This document shows positions 39,101 to 51,991 of a stretch of 64,000 nucleotides of DNA, in pieces. This DNA comes from Chiloscyllium plagiosum. Taxonomy: Eukaryota. Where the stretch lies: positions 529,805 to 593,804 of the forward strand of contig NC_057756.1 of assembly GCF_004010195.1 (NCBI RefSeq), given 5' to 3'. Each line of letters opens with the position of its first letter. Position 1 is the stretch's first letter. The position numbers and the translations under genes were made by a program. Under the pieces are notes generated by a model. It made no database searches. It worked only from the letters and a program-made list of their open reading frames with translations, and was not told the origin of the DNA.

Positions 39101-40803
39101 CAGTTCAAATCTGCTATATACCACACAGAACTGAAGAGTTCATTAGAATGGTGGCATTAAACTTGAAGGTCAATATTGAGGGTTTACAGTCAAGACAATT
39201 AAGAGGATTTGGATAAAGGAATACCATTTGCAATTTTTGCAATTAGGGATACACTCAACGAATCTACCAAGTTCCATCTATTTGAATTAGTTGAGGTGAG
39301 CGGATGAATAAAATTAATCAAAGAGAAAATAGTAAATCGGATTTGAGAGATCACACATGTGAACTTTGTGTTAGGGGAAGATTAAATAAAGCAGGACAAT
39401 TGCTTAGACAGCATTTGAGAAGACAACAGCATATGATGAAGGGAAACAACTAAGAAATTTTGAAAAAAAGCATTTTTTTTGGAGTAAATATGCAGTACTT
39501 CTAGTGATAGGTGAACATTTAATGGCGAGATTTAGTAGACTTTTTCAAATTGAAAGGATATTGAGCTGGTAAACTTATTGATAAGAACATCAGATTAAAA
39601 AAAAAAGTCACAGAGTGAGTCATGTGAATATGCTCAAAAATGTATCTTGAAAGGGAAGGAAAATAAAAGGAGAATGTATTATTACATCATAGAATGAAGA
39701 ACCAATTCTGAATTGGACGCTGCTCTTTAAATTATACAATGAGGATGTTCTTAATACCTGGGAGGAATTATTCAATTCTTTTCAGTGGAAAATAGAAATT
39801 ACCTGGAAGAATTATTACCATCACAGCGGGAAATATCTGTGAATAAGATGAGGAGTACTAATCAAATTACTCATGATATAGATACCGGAAATGCTGTTTC
39901 AATTAGGAAATTTGGCACAGATTCAAAAAGAGATTGAATGCATGCACAAACACAATGTAATTCAAATGAGCTGCAATGAATGTAGCTCATCCGCAGTAAT
40001 AGTGGCAAAAACAAACGGTGCCTAACATTTACATATGGTCCATCGCAATGTCAGCGCAGTTACAAAATCTGATTTATGTGTTCCTCCATGTTTGGAAAAC
40101 TGTATTGAGAAGGTGAGACATTTCTAAAAGTGAAGCCATTGTTGAGTATTGATGGTTCAGTCTTCTTAAGGGTGGAGGTGTGACTACGCTACTTAAGAGG
40201 TGTATTTTCTGTTCCCTTGAAGAAAGGTTTTAACACAGAGATACCGAGATGTACAGTTGAATCCAATGAAGTAAACAGCTTATGGGGTCTTGGTTTTTTT
40301 TAAATAAAACTGGAACAATAGAAACATGCCTGAATAGATGGGGTAAAGCTCGCCCAGATATGTGCATTTTCTTTCAATAGCAGTTACTGAAATCTTGTTG
40401 CTGCGTTTTGAAGCTGCGGTACACCTCTTCCTGCTATTCTCTCTCTCAGAGTATTATCTAAATATCTTTCCTCCTGGACTGGAGAATTACCATGAGATTA
40501 CCTATTTTGCCTTTTCCAAATGTTTGTTGAAAGGATGTCTCTGTAGTGGAACAACTACTGTTTAGGAGTTAAATAATCTATAAGTCTGTCAAGTCTTCCA
40601 ATAACTAATTATTCCAATTTCTTCTTTGGCTTGTTCTGTTTTAATATAGTATATGAATAAAGTACGCTTTGCTTCAAGTTTGGTAGTTTGATCAATCAGA
40701 TTGCATTCAAAACACAATGCTTTCAATTTAAGGAAAGGTTAGAGTCTAGGCTCTATGTTCCTAATTTTTTGAAGGGTGGTATGGTTTGGACTGGTCCATA
40801 ACA
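36175..40803 (+). mobile_element. Second Gmr1-like Gypsy element, decayed, most of RT/RH deleted
   Basis: LTRs at ~36175-36843 and ~40180-40803 end in ggtctggtacatagca and ggactggtccataaca; gag gatgtggaagcttttttc (~37505); integrase ttccagaggccattc (~38935) precedes the RT start (~39950-40120). Confidence 0.8.
36456..36968. repeat. Perfect 63-bp inverted repeat
   Basis: 36456-36518 is the exact reverse complement of 36906-36968. Confidence 0.95.
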
Positions 40804-40867
40804 AATGCCATATTTCTGGGAAGGAGGCATCCAATTTCTCATTGTCCCATTAATGTTTTCTTCACAG

Positions 40868-40894
40868 AAGAACAATTGAAGCAATGCCAGAAAG
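40868..40894 (+). CDS. Microexon 6, type A' (27 nt, EEQLKQCQK)
   Basis: ttttcttcacag|AAGAACA...CAGAAAG|gtaaag; paralog of 27253-27279. Confidence 0.85.
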
Positions 40895-42809
40895 GTAAAG
40901 TGTTGAAGTAAATGGCAAGCGCACAAGTTTGTAATGATTTGAATGTTTTTCAAACGATAGTTAATGATTTTGTTAATGAGATAAATATATTAATACTTCA
41001 TTTTAGATCTCAGTTGGAAACGTCCTACATTTGGTGAGCAAAATGCCATGCCCTGTGTTGTATTTACCATAATCCCTCAGAGCAGTACAAAACTAGGCAA
41101 CTGAAACTGTATGTGTCAGTGCGGAGTTTACATCATGCCCATACAAATTTAATCAAATCTAAATTGTGATTTAATAATCGGAATGATGACACTTCAGTGT
41201 GACATTTTCATTGCCTCACTTATTTAATACATTAGTGTGAATGCACTTCACTGTAACTTTTTGATCAATTCTTGTAGGAGGTATCTCCCAATTGACTTTC
41301 TGATACACCATTGCATCAACAGCCACTGAAATAATTGTAGTTCTAACAAATCTACAGAACCTTTGTAGGTTACAGGATATGTGAAATGTCTTTTTTTGTT
41401 GTCCCATACTTCCATGCAAATTTTTGACCTAATTTGGTTAGAGAACAATTGCGTTCTGAATGCCGGCAGAAGGGATTTAACAAAGGAGAAGTTACAGATT
41501 ACATCCCAAGGATATTTCAAATGATTAAAAGAGATAATTGGTTACGCATTGTGAATACAGTTCAATAAAAACCGAAAGAACTGCGGATGCTGTAAATTCG
41601 AATACAAAAATAGAAGGAGTTGGATAAGCTCAGAAGGTCTGGCAACATGTGTAAAGAGAAATCAAAGTTAAGTTTTCGTGTTCGATGGAGTAAGGATTGG
41701 CAGACCTGAAATGTTAGCTTTGGTTTTTCTCCACAGAGTCGAAAAGTGTGGCGCTGGGAAAGCATAGTATATCAGGCAGCATTGGAAGATCAAGAGAGTC
41801 AATGGTTCGGGTATGAGCCCTTCATTGTGGAGACAGAAGGGGCTGTGACATAAATAGAGGGTGGAGGTGGGGCTGGGGGAAGGTAGCTGGGAAGGCGATA
41901 GGAGGATGCAGGGTGGGGGGTAATTGTGATAGTTTGTTGGGGAGGATTGAACGGATAGGTGGGAAGGAAGATGGACAGGTAGGACAGGTGAAGAGGGCAG
42001 TGTTGAGTTGCAGTGATGGATCTGGGATGAGGTGGGGGAGGGGAGATTTGGAAACTAGTGAAGCTGATGTTGATGTCATGTGGCTGAAGCGTCCTGAGGT
42101 GAAAGTAGAGACATTCTACATGCAGTTAGCTGGTGTCATTGATTTGGTGGTGGAGGAGGCCCAGGACTTACATGTCCTTGGAGGAGTGGGAGAGGGAATT
42201 GAAATGGTTGGCCATAAAGCGATGTGGTTGTTTAGTGTGTGCATCGCAGAAGTGTTTCCTGAACTGCTTCACAGGTTGATGTCCTGTCTCCCTGATGTAG
42301 AGGAAACCACATCAAGTGCAATGGATGCAGTAGACGAGGTGGTTGGACGTGCAGGAAAATCTCCAACGGATGTGAAATCATCCTTTGGGGCGTTGGACAG
42401 AGGTGAGGGGAAGGGGTGAGGGGGAATGTGTGGGTGCATATTTTACAACTCATACAGTGACAAGAGAAGACACTGTGGAGGGTGAGTTGTTAGAGAGTGT
42501 GGACGTAATGAGGGAATGGTCTTTGTGGAATGCTGTTACAGGTGGGGAGGGAAATATATCTTTCATGATGGGGTCTGACTGTAGAGGCGGAAATGATGGA
42601 GGATCACATGTTGTATCCAGAGCCTCATGGGCTGGAAGGCGAGGACCAAGATGGTTCTATCCTTGTTGTAGTTGCAGGGGTGGTGTTTGAAGGCAGAAGT
42701 GCAGGCAGTGGAGGAGAGGCACTGGACAGCATTTTTGATCATGTTGGAGCGGTTTTGCGGTCCTTGAAAGAGGAGGACATTTGGGATGTGCTGGAGTGGA
42801 ATTGCTCCT

Positions 42810-45800
42810 CCAGAGGGTCCACTTCGGAGCAGGGAGAGCCGGGAGGAGGTGACGTTGTGCGAGGTGATTGTCGGGAAGGCCGGTAAGTATATTTAAACTT
42901 CTTACCGACAAGCCAGCGAGGGAGGAGCGAGCAAAGGACTTTTGGGAAGGATAAGTAGAACAGGTTATATTTGTGTGGTTACAAATTCAGGAAGATGGAT
43001 GGAAGCTTAGAGCTAGGACCAGCAGAGTTGTTTTCTCTGGTTTGCTGCCTGTTCCACGTGCTAGTGATGTGAGGAATAGGGAGAGAAAGGAGTTGAACAC
43101 GTTGCTGCAGGGATGGTGCAGGAGGGAGGGTTTCGCGTTTTTGGATAATTGGAGCTCTTTCTGGGGTAGGTGTGACCTCTGCAAGCAGGGTGATGTTCAT
43201 CTAAACCAGAGGTGTACCAATATCCTGGGTGGGAAATTCGCTAAAGCTATTAAGGTGGGTTTAAACTAATACAGCAAGGGGATGGGAACCAAAATTGTAG
43301 GACAGGTACAGAAGAGGATGAGAGTAGGGAGTTCCCAAATGAAGTATTTGACACTGGCAAGCGAGAACCTGGTTTGAAGTGTGTGTACTTCAATGCGAGG
43401 AGCATCTAAAATAAAGTGGGTGAACTGGCAGCATGAGTTGGTACCTGGGACTTCGATGATGTGGCCATTACAGAGATATGGATAGAGCAGGGACAGGAAT
43501 GGCTGTTGCAGGTTCCGGGATTCAGATGTGTCAGTAAGAACAGAGAAGATGGTAAAAGAGGTGGAGGTGTGGCATTGTTGATCAGGGACAATATTACAGT
43601 TGTAGAAAGGATGTTTGGGGAGCCGTTAACTGAGGTAGTATGGGCTGAGGTTAGAAACAGGAAATGAGATGGCACCATGCTGGGAATTTTCTATAGGCTT
43701 CTGAATAGTCCCAGAGATGTAGAGGTAAAGATAGCAAAGATGATTCTCGATAGGAGTGAGACAGGCAGGGTAGTTGTCATGGGGGACATCAACTATCCAA
43801 ATATTGACTCGGATCACTACAGTACGAGTACTATAGATGGGTCAGTTTTTGGCCAGTGTGTGCAGGAGGGCTTCCTGACACCGTATGTTGCCAGGCCTAC
43901 AAGGGGCGAAGCCACTTTAGATTTAGTACTGGGTAACGAGCCTGGCCAGGTGTTAGATTTGGAAGGAAGTGAGCACTTTGGAGACAGCGATCACACTTCT
44001 GTCAGGTTTACTTTAGTGATGGAAAGGGATAGGTGTACACCACCGAGCAAGAGTTATAGGTTGGGAAAGGGAAATTACAATGCAATTAGGAAAGATTTAG
44101 GAAGTGTAGAATGAGGAAGGAAACTGCAGGGATGAGCACATTAAAAATGTGGAGCTTATTCAAGGAAAAGCTCTTGTGTGTCCTAGATAAGTATTTACCT
44201 GTTAGGCAGGGAGGAAGATATAGAATGCATGAGCCATGGTTTACTTAGGAAGTGGAATCCCTGGTCAAGAAAAAGAAGAAGGCTTATGTTAGGACAAAAC
44301 GTGAAAACTCAGTTAGGGCGCTTGAGGGTTACAAGGAAGTCAGGAAAGACCTAAAAAGAGAGCTCAGAAGAGTCAGGAGGAGGCATGAGAAGTTGTTGGC
44401 GGATAGGATCAGGGTTAACCCTAAGGCTTTCCATAGGTATGTGTTTTAAAAAAATTCACAAGGTCAAGGACCAGGCTCGCAGGAAAACATGTATTGGGAC
44501 ACAATTTTAACCCTTTCACCACATTCCACTGCTTGGCCCAATGCATGTGTTGCATAATGATTCACACATGTATTGGGACATAATTTTACACCACAGTATG
44601 TCAGGAATAAAAGAATAACGAGAGTTAAATTAGGGCCAATCAAGGATAATAGTGGGATGCTGTGTGTGGAGTCAGAGGAGATGGAAAAGCACTAACTATT
44701 TTTCGACAATGTTCACTATAGAAAATGAAAATGTTGGCGAGGAAGATACAAAGATACTTTCATCTACACTAGAAGAGATTGATGTTCAAAGGAAGAGGTA
44801 TTAGAAATACTGCAGAGTGTGAAAATAGACAAGTCCCCTTGGCCGGATGGGATCTATCCTAGGATCCTCTGGGAAGCAAGGGAAAAGATTGCCGAGCCTT
44901 TGGCATTGATCTTCAAATCATCATTGTCTACAGGAATAGTGCCTGAGGACTGGAGGATAGCAAATGCGGTTCCCTTGTTCAAAAAGGTTTGGTAGAGACA
45001 ACCCTAGTAATTACAGACCAGTGAGTCTCACTTCAGTTGTTGGTAAAGTGTTGGAAAAGGTTATAAAAGATACGATTTATAACCATCTAGAAAAGAATAA
45101 TCTGATCAGGGACAGTCAGCACGGTTTTGTGAAGGGTAGGTCGTGCCGAACGAATCTTATTGAGTTTTTTGACAAAGTGACCAAACAGGTAGATGAGAGT
45201 AAACCGGTTGATGTGGTGTATATGGATTTCAGCAAGGTGTTTGATAAGATTCGCCACAGTAGGCTATTATACAAAATGCGGAGGAATGGGATTGTGGGAG
45301 ACATAGCAGTTTGGATCAGTAATTTGCTTACTAAAAGAAAACAGAGGGTTGTAGTTGATGGAACATGTTCATCTTGGTGTCCATTTACTAGCGGCATACC
45401 GCAAGGGTCGGTGTTGGGTCCACTGCTGTTCGTCACTTTTATAAATGACCTGGATGAGGGCTTAGAAGGGTGGGTTAGTAAATTTGCGGATGACACTAAG
45501 ATCAGTGGAGTTGTGGATAGTGACGAAGGATGTAGTAGGTTGCAGAGAGACATAGATAAAATGCTGTGCTGGGCTGAGAGGTGGCAAATGGAGTTTAATG
45601 TGGACAAGTGTGAGGTGATACACTTTGGCCGGAGTAATCGGAATGCAAAGTACTGGGCTAATGGTAGGATTCCTGGGAGTGCAGATGAGCAGAGAGATAG
45701 TGGTGTCCATGTACACAGATCCCTGAAAGTTGCCACCCAGATTGACAGGGCTGTTAAGAACGCATACAGTGTTTTGGCCTTTATTAATAGAGGGATTGAG

Positions 45801-46357
45801 TTCCGGAACCAGGAGGTTATTCTGTAGCTGTACAAAGCTCTGGTATGGTCACACTTGGAGTATTGTGTACAGTTCTGGTCACCGCATTATAAGAAGGATG
45901 TGGAAGCTTTGGAAAGGGTGCAGAGGAGATTTACTAGGATGTTGCCTGGTATGGAAGGAATGTCTTACGAGGAAAGGCTGAGGGCCTTGAAGGTTGAGAC
46001 GTGACTTAATAGAGACATACAAGATAATCAGAGGGTTACATAGGGTGGAGAGGGAGAGCCTTTCTCCAAGTATGGAAATGGCAAACATGAGGGGTCACAA
46101 CTTTAAAGTGAGGGGAGATAAGTATAAGACAGTCGTCAGAGGTAGTTTCTTTACTCTGAGAGTAGTAAGGGTATGGAATGCTTTGCCTGCATCGGTAGTA
46201 GATTCGCCAAGTTTAAGTGCATTTAAGTCGTCATTGGACAGGCATATGGACGTACATGGAATAGTGTAGGTGGGATGGGCTTCAGATTAGTATGACAGGG
46301 TGGCGCAACATCGAGGGCCGAAGGGCCTGTACTGAGCTATAATGTTCTATGTTCTAT
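42810..46357 (+). mobile_element. CR1-type LINE (ORF1 C-terminus, APE, RT) nested in the Penelope element
   Basis: VVFSGLLPVPR and HLNQRCTNIL (ORF1); GGGVALLI; MGDINYPNID; RT ORF 44964-45827 with FADDTK; tail tgttctatgttctatg. Confidence 0.95.
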
Positions 46358-46919
46358 GCCATAGAGGTGGAGGAATTGAGAGCAAGGGATCATGTTTTTA
46401 CTGGGAGGGGGCACTGGTGGGAGGAGGTGTAGTCAAGGTATCTGTGGGAATTGGTGGATTTGAAATAGATGTCCTTGTTGAGTTGATTAGCAGAGATGGA
46501 AACGGACAGGTCCAAAAATGAGAAGGAGGTATTGGAGATGGTCCATGTGAACTTGAGGTCGGGGAGGAGGTGTTTGTGAAGTTAACGAACAGTTCAATCT
46601 CCTTGTGGGAGCACGAGGTGGCGCTGATACAGTCATCAATGTAGCAGAGGAAAAGGCTGGGGAATGGTACTATTGTGACTGCAGAATATGGACTGTTCCA
46701 CATATGCTACAAAGTGGAAGGCATAGCTGTGCCCTATGTGGATGCCCATGGCTGTCCCTCTGGTCTGTAGCATTTGGGAGAATTCGAAGAAGAAGTTGTT
46801 GAGGGTGAGGACCAGTTCTGCCAATCGAAAAAATGTGTCAGTGGAGGAGGAAAGAAGGTCGGCAGGAAAGGAACAGAGGGCTTGTCGGCCATCGCCATGG
46901 GGGATGGACGTCATAGTAT

Positions 46920-49300
46920 CTTTTTTACAAATTCTTTTTGTTATACATTTGTGGGACTTGGGCATCGCTGGCTGGCCAGCATTGATAAACCATCCCTATT
47001 TGCTCTTCCAAAGGTATTGGTTAGCCGCCTTTTTAATCACTGTAGTCCACCTTCTGTGGGTTGACCCACAATGCCAGTCGGGAGTGAGTTTCAAGAGTTT
47101 GACCCAATGGCTGTGAAGGAACAATGGTATATTTCCAAGTCAGGATGGTGAGTGGATTGGAGGTGAACTTGTGTGTGGTGGCATTTCTCAGTATATGCTG
47201 CCCTTGCCCTTCTCAGTGGAAGTGTTCATGGGTTTGGAAAATGCTGTCTAAAGATCTCTGGTGAATTTTTGCAGTACATATTGTAAATAGTACACACAGC
47301 TGCTACTAAACGCCAGTGGTGGAGGGATTGAACGTTAAAAGATGTGGTGCCAATCAAGCGGGTTGCTGGATGTTGTCAAGCTTCTTGACTGTTGTTGGAG
47401 TTGCACCCCTCCAGACAAGTGGGGATTATGCCATCGCACTCCTGACTTCTGCCTTGTAGATGATGGACAGACTTTGGGGTGTCAGGAGTTGAGACTAGTC
47501 TCAATTAGTCTCTGATCTGCTCTTGAGTTTCTGGTCAATAGTAACGCCAAGGATGTTGACAGTGCGGGATTCAGTGATGGTAATATCGTTGAATGTCAAA
47601 GGGTGGTAGTTAGAGTGTCTCTTATTTGTGATGGTCAATGTCTGGCATTTGTGGGTGCGAATGTTACTTGCCACTTGCTGAACCAAGCCTGGACAATTTC
47701 CAGATCATGCTGCAATATCTGAGGATTCGCGAATCATGCTGGACACTGTGTAATCATTGGCGAACATCCAAATTCTCACCTAATGACAGAGGCACATCAT
47801 TGATGACGCAGCTGAAGATTCTTGGGCCGAGGATACTACCATGGGGGACTCCTGCAGTGATAGCCTGGAGCTGAGATAACTGACCCTTCAAAACCACGAC
47901 CATCTTCCTTTGTGCCAAGTATGACTCTAACCAGTGGAGTGTTTGCCCCTTGATACCAATTGATTCCAGTTTGTCCAGGGCTCTTTGATTTTATACTTGG
48001 TCAAATGCGGCATTGATGTCAAGGGCTGTCACTCTCATCTCATGTCTGGAATTCAGTTCTTTTGTCCATGTTTGAACCAAGGTTGTAATATGATCAGGAA
48101 CTGAGTGACTCTGGCTGAACCTAAACTGGTTGTTGCTGAGCAGGTGCTGCTTGATAACGCTATTGTTGACTCCTTCCATCACTTTACTGGTGATTGAGAG
48201 TAGATTGTTTGAGTAGTAGTTGGCTGTGTTGGCTTTTTCCTGCTTTTTGTGCACAAAACATACCTGGGCAATTTTCTACATTGTTGGGTAAATGCCAGTG
48301 TTGTAACTGTGCTGGGAGAGCTTGGTTGGGGGAGTGTAAAGTTGTAGAACAAATGTCTTCAATATTGTTTCCGGAAAGTTATCAGGGCCCATTGCATTTG
48401 TAGTATCCAGTGCCTCCAACCACTTCTTGACACCATGTGGAGTGAATTGAATTGGTTGGAGATTAGTATCTGTGATGCAGGGGATCACTTGAGGAGCCCG
48501 AGATGCATCATGAACTCAACCCTTCTGACTGAAGATTTTTTGCGAATGCTTCAGCCTTACCTTTTGCACTGATGTGTTGAGCTCCTCCATCATTGAGGAT
48601 GGGGATATTTGTGGATTCCCGTCCTCCAGTGAGTTGTTTGATTGACCATCACCATTCGTGACTGGATGTAAAAGGACAGCAGAACTTAGATCTGATCCGT
48701 TGGTTGTGGGATAACTTAGCTCTGTCTATCACTTGCCCTTTTATGCAGTTTGGCATGCAAGTTTGGTAGCTTCACCAGGTGATACCTCATTTTGAGGTAT
48801 GCTTGATGCCACACCTGGCATGGCCTCCTGCACTCTCCATTGATCTAGGGTTGAACCTCTGGCTTGATGGTAATGGCTGAGTGGGGGATATGCCTGGTCA
48901 TGAAGTTGCAGATTGTGCTGGAGTACAGTTCTGCTGATATTGATGACCCACAACGCCTCATAAATGCCCAGTCTTGAGCTGCTAGATCGGTTCAAAGTCT
49001 GTCCCATTTAGCACGGTGACAGTGCCACAAAACATGATGGTTGATATTCTCAGTGTGAAGGCGGGACTTTGTCTCCACAAGGAGAGTGTGGTGGTCACTT
49101 TTACCTATACTGTCATGGACAGATGCTGCTGTAGCTGGCAGATGAATAAGGATGAGGTCAAATATGTTTTTTTCGTCTTATTGTTTCCTTTACCACCTGC
49201 TGCAGAACCAGTCTAGCAGTTATATCCTTTAGGATCCGACCAGCTCGATCAGTAATGCTTGGTGATGGACATTGAAATCCCCCACCCCAAGTATATTTTG
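46920..49300 (-). mobile_element. CR1/L2-clade LINE nested in the Penelope element
   Basis: ALDINAAFDQV; LLSITSKVMEG; AMGPDN; NILGVTIDQKL. Confidence 0.85.
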
Positions 49301-49309
49301 CGCCCTTGC

Positions 49310-49612
49310 CACAATACAGTGCGGAAACAGGCCATTTGACTCAACAAGTCTGCACTGACCCTCAGAAGAATAATCCACCCAGACCCATTACTCTACCAAA
49401 ATACTCTATATCTCCCCTGACTAATGTACCAAACATACACATCCCTGAATGCTTTGGGCAATTTAGCACGGCCACTTCACCTAACATGCCCGGAGGAAAC
49501 CCGTGCAGACGCGGTGAGAATGCAAAAATTCGCCACAGAGTCGCCGGAGGCTGGAGTCAATAACAGGTCCCTGGTGCTGTGAAGGAGCAGTGCTAACCAC
49601 TAAGCCGCCGTG
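49310..49612 (-). mobile_element. V-SINE (HE1-like), internally deleted
   Basis: gcagtgctaaccact head; cccggaggaaacccg; gcggaaacaggcc tail. Confidence 0.8.
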
Positions 49613-49902
49613 TTGACATGTATAGGGACTGGATATCCATAGTGAAGATAAGGTGTCAAGTGCCAGGGAATCAAAAACACGGAGAAATTGGAGTGTATGG
49701 TTGATTTCCCTTATGTATGTGGGCTATTCCTGAACCAAGGGTGATAGAACGGAGTCGAATTATAAGGAATTGAGTTCTATGGGGCAGTAGCAGGTGGAGA
49801 CGATAGGTTGACTGGGGCAGTCAGGTTTGTGGGTTCAGGGTAAGATGTAGAACCGGGTGTTGTGGAGTTGGGGAGTTATGAGGTTGGAGGCTGGGAATGG
49901 GA

Positions 49903-50018
49903 GAACGTGAAGACTGCAGATGCTGGAGCTCAGAGTCGAGAATGTATGCCCGAAACGTTAATTCTCCTGTTCCTTGGATGCTGCCTGACCTGCTGTGCTT
50001 TTCCAGCAATACTCTCTC
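49903..50018. mobile_element. Collapsed palindromic Penelope-like mini-element
   Basis: Left start ctgcagatgctggag joined directly to the right arm atgcccgaaacg...cttttccagcaa. Confidence 0.7.
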
Positions 50019-51964
50019 GGCTGTAGATAGGTGAGCTCCTGAAGATTGATGAGGTTGTAGATGGCTTGGGAGATGATGGTTTGGTGATGATAGGGGTTTC
50101 ATGGTCGAAGGGGTGATCGGAGGAGGTGTCGGCAAGGTGGCGTCCGACTTTGGTAAGATAAAGGTCAGTGTGCCATATTACTACTGCAACCCCCTTATCA
50201 GCTGGTTTGATGGTGAGTTGGATTTGGAGCAGGAGTTGGAGGGCTGCATCTTGCAAGGTTGAGAGTTGGAGTGAGTGAGAGGTTGGAGTGAGTGACTGGT
50301 TGAGATAGTCAATGTCGTGATGAGAGGCCAGCATGGTTGTCCATGGGGTTGGATTATGTTGGAGGTACGAAAAGGAGCTTTAAGAGGGTAGGTGGGAGTT
50401 GCCATTGAAACAGTAAGCATGGAGGCAGAGGCCATAGAAGAAAAGTCTGCAACACATGTGGGGGTGTTTTGGAATGAAGATGAGACCTTTACTGAGGTTT
50501 GATCATCCTTCCTTGGTGAGGGGGAGGTCTGTGGGACAGGTAAGAATCTGGCAGGTTGAGGACTGGGGCCTGATGTGGAGGTGGAGTTGTGTTTGGAGGT
50601 GGAGAATGCCCTTGACTGGGGGCAGTGATTTGATCTTTGGTGACGTCTGAGTGGCATAATTGACAGTGGACATGTGGGCGGAAGTGGTGCTGTCAGTGGC
50701 AACAGTGGGAGTGGTTGTGAGGTTCTTGGTGGCATTTGTGGACATGGTGCCCTCAGCGGCAACTGCAGAGGTGGCTACAGCAGTGTTTCGTTGAGTGACA
50801 TCAGTGTTGCTATTCACATAGGCAGAAGTATACTGTTCTTCATCAATCATGGGTGTGGAAGTGATGTTCTCGGTAGTGTTTGTGGGAGCAGTGCAATTGG
50901 CGGTGTGTATGTAGGAGGCATGGTCGTCGGCAGTGTTCCAGTGAATAATGTCTATAGGGGTGGAATTAGCATTGGCAGCAGCAACCATGGGGGCGGCGTT
51001 CGCGGAAGTAGTCATTCCGACAGTATTTGCGAAGGTGGAAGTTCCAGTGCATTCACCTCTCCCTCGAGCTCAACATTGCAATTTGACATGACCCTCTTGA
51101 CCAGTCCTCCCTGTCCATCTTCATTCTTGCCTATCTGGTCCACCTCACCCCGCCCCCACCAACTTATCACAATTACCCCTCCACTTTCACCTATTGCCTT
51201 CCCAACATACCTCGCCACCACCAGTCTCTCCCCCATATCTTTATTCATGTCTGAGTCCGTTCCTCCTCCACATTCCTGATGAGGGGCTTGTGCCTAAACC
51301 GTTGACTCTCCTACTATTCAGATGCTTTGGATCCTTTTGACTCTGACTCCCCAGCATCTGCAGCACTCACTTTCTCTTCACAAATACTGCCAGACCTGCT
51401 GAAAATTTCCAGCTACTTCTGTTGTTGTTTCTGAGAATAAAGCTCATATCATTTTCGATTAAAATGAATAATATTTCCAGTTGGATCTATGCAATGTAAA
51501 ATAGACTCTACGAATAATAAACTGAACCAGTGCCTGCCAAATTCTATCATTGCCACAGCGTTTTTCTTTTCATTTGTTGAACTCATATGGTACTGCCAGC
51601 CAGTATTAGAAGAACAGTAAAATGAAAAAAAAACTGAAATAATGTTGTATTATTTTGTGAACCTTCAGGTTTTAATATCCTCTTTTTGTAGCACTTTATA
51701 TCCAATTAAATCCTTTTAGTCTAATGTCTGCTACTCATTTTGTGACATTTTCTTGAAAGAAATATTCGCATTTCTCTCTTCCTGCCTGATGGACCCCATC
51801 CTCACTTAACATGTGCATGCCAACCATCTGTATTGTGCAACTAGAATGAAAAATTTCTCAACTTTACATATCCAAACACCGATGTGCAATGCAATTTTAT
51901 TGAATGGAAATATTCTAAAAGAAGCAAGTTAACAATAAGTCTAAATCTTTAAATTCTCTTACAG

Positions 51965-51991
51965 AATCTAAAGGAGATCCAGAAATTCATG
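51965..51991 (+). CDS. Microexon 7, type B' (27 nt, ESKGDPEIH)
   Basis: ttctcttacag|AATCTAA...ATTCATG|gtaagt: consensus donor; paralog of 29548-29574. Confidence 0.85.

Larger units (their letters stand above)
41737..51376 (-). mobile_element. Penelope-like element (RT + GIY-YIG) with inverted terminal segment, split by nested insertions
   Basis: LSKGLIFIP (~50480); IKPADKG (~50200); QTRGTAMG and YIDD (46620-46770); HLVYCIHC..CGFLYIRETG (~42290-42350); 51060-51376 mirrors 41737-42010. Confidence 0.85.

Noticed and set aside
44964..45827. 287-aa reverse transcriptase ORF as a functional gene (retron, DGR or domesticated RT)
   Set aside because: Part of a CR1 ORF2 with flanking stops and frameshifts and a typical CR1 tail; the context is vertebrate.
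50503..51279. Mucin-like or Gly/Ser-rich host protein
   Set aside because: Lies inside the Penelope-like element and in frame with its motif; the + strand ORF is the antisense shadow.
379..51376. CRISPR-like array from the recurring ~95-bp motif
   Set aside because: Copies are dispersed kilobases apart with TSDs and no regular spacers; these are mobile element fragments.
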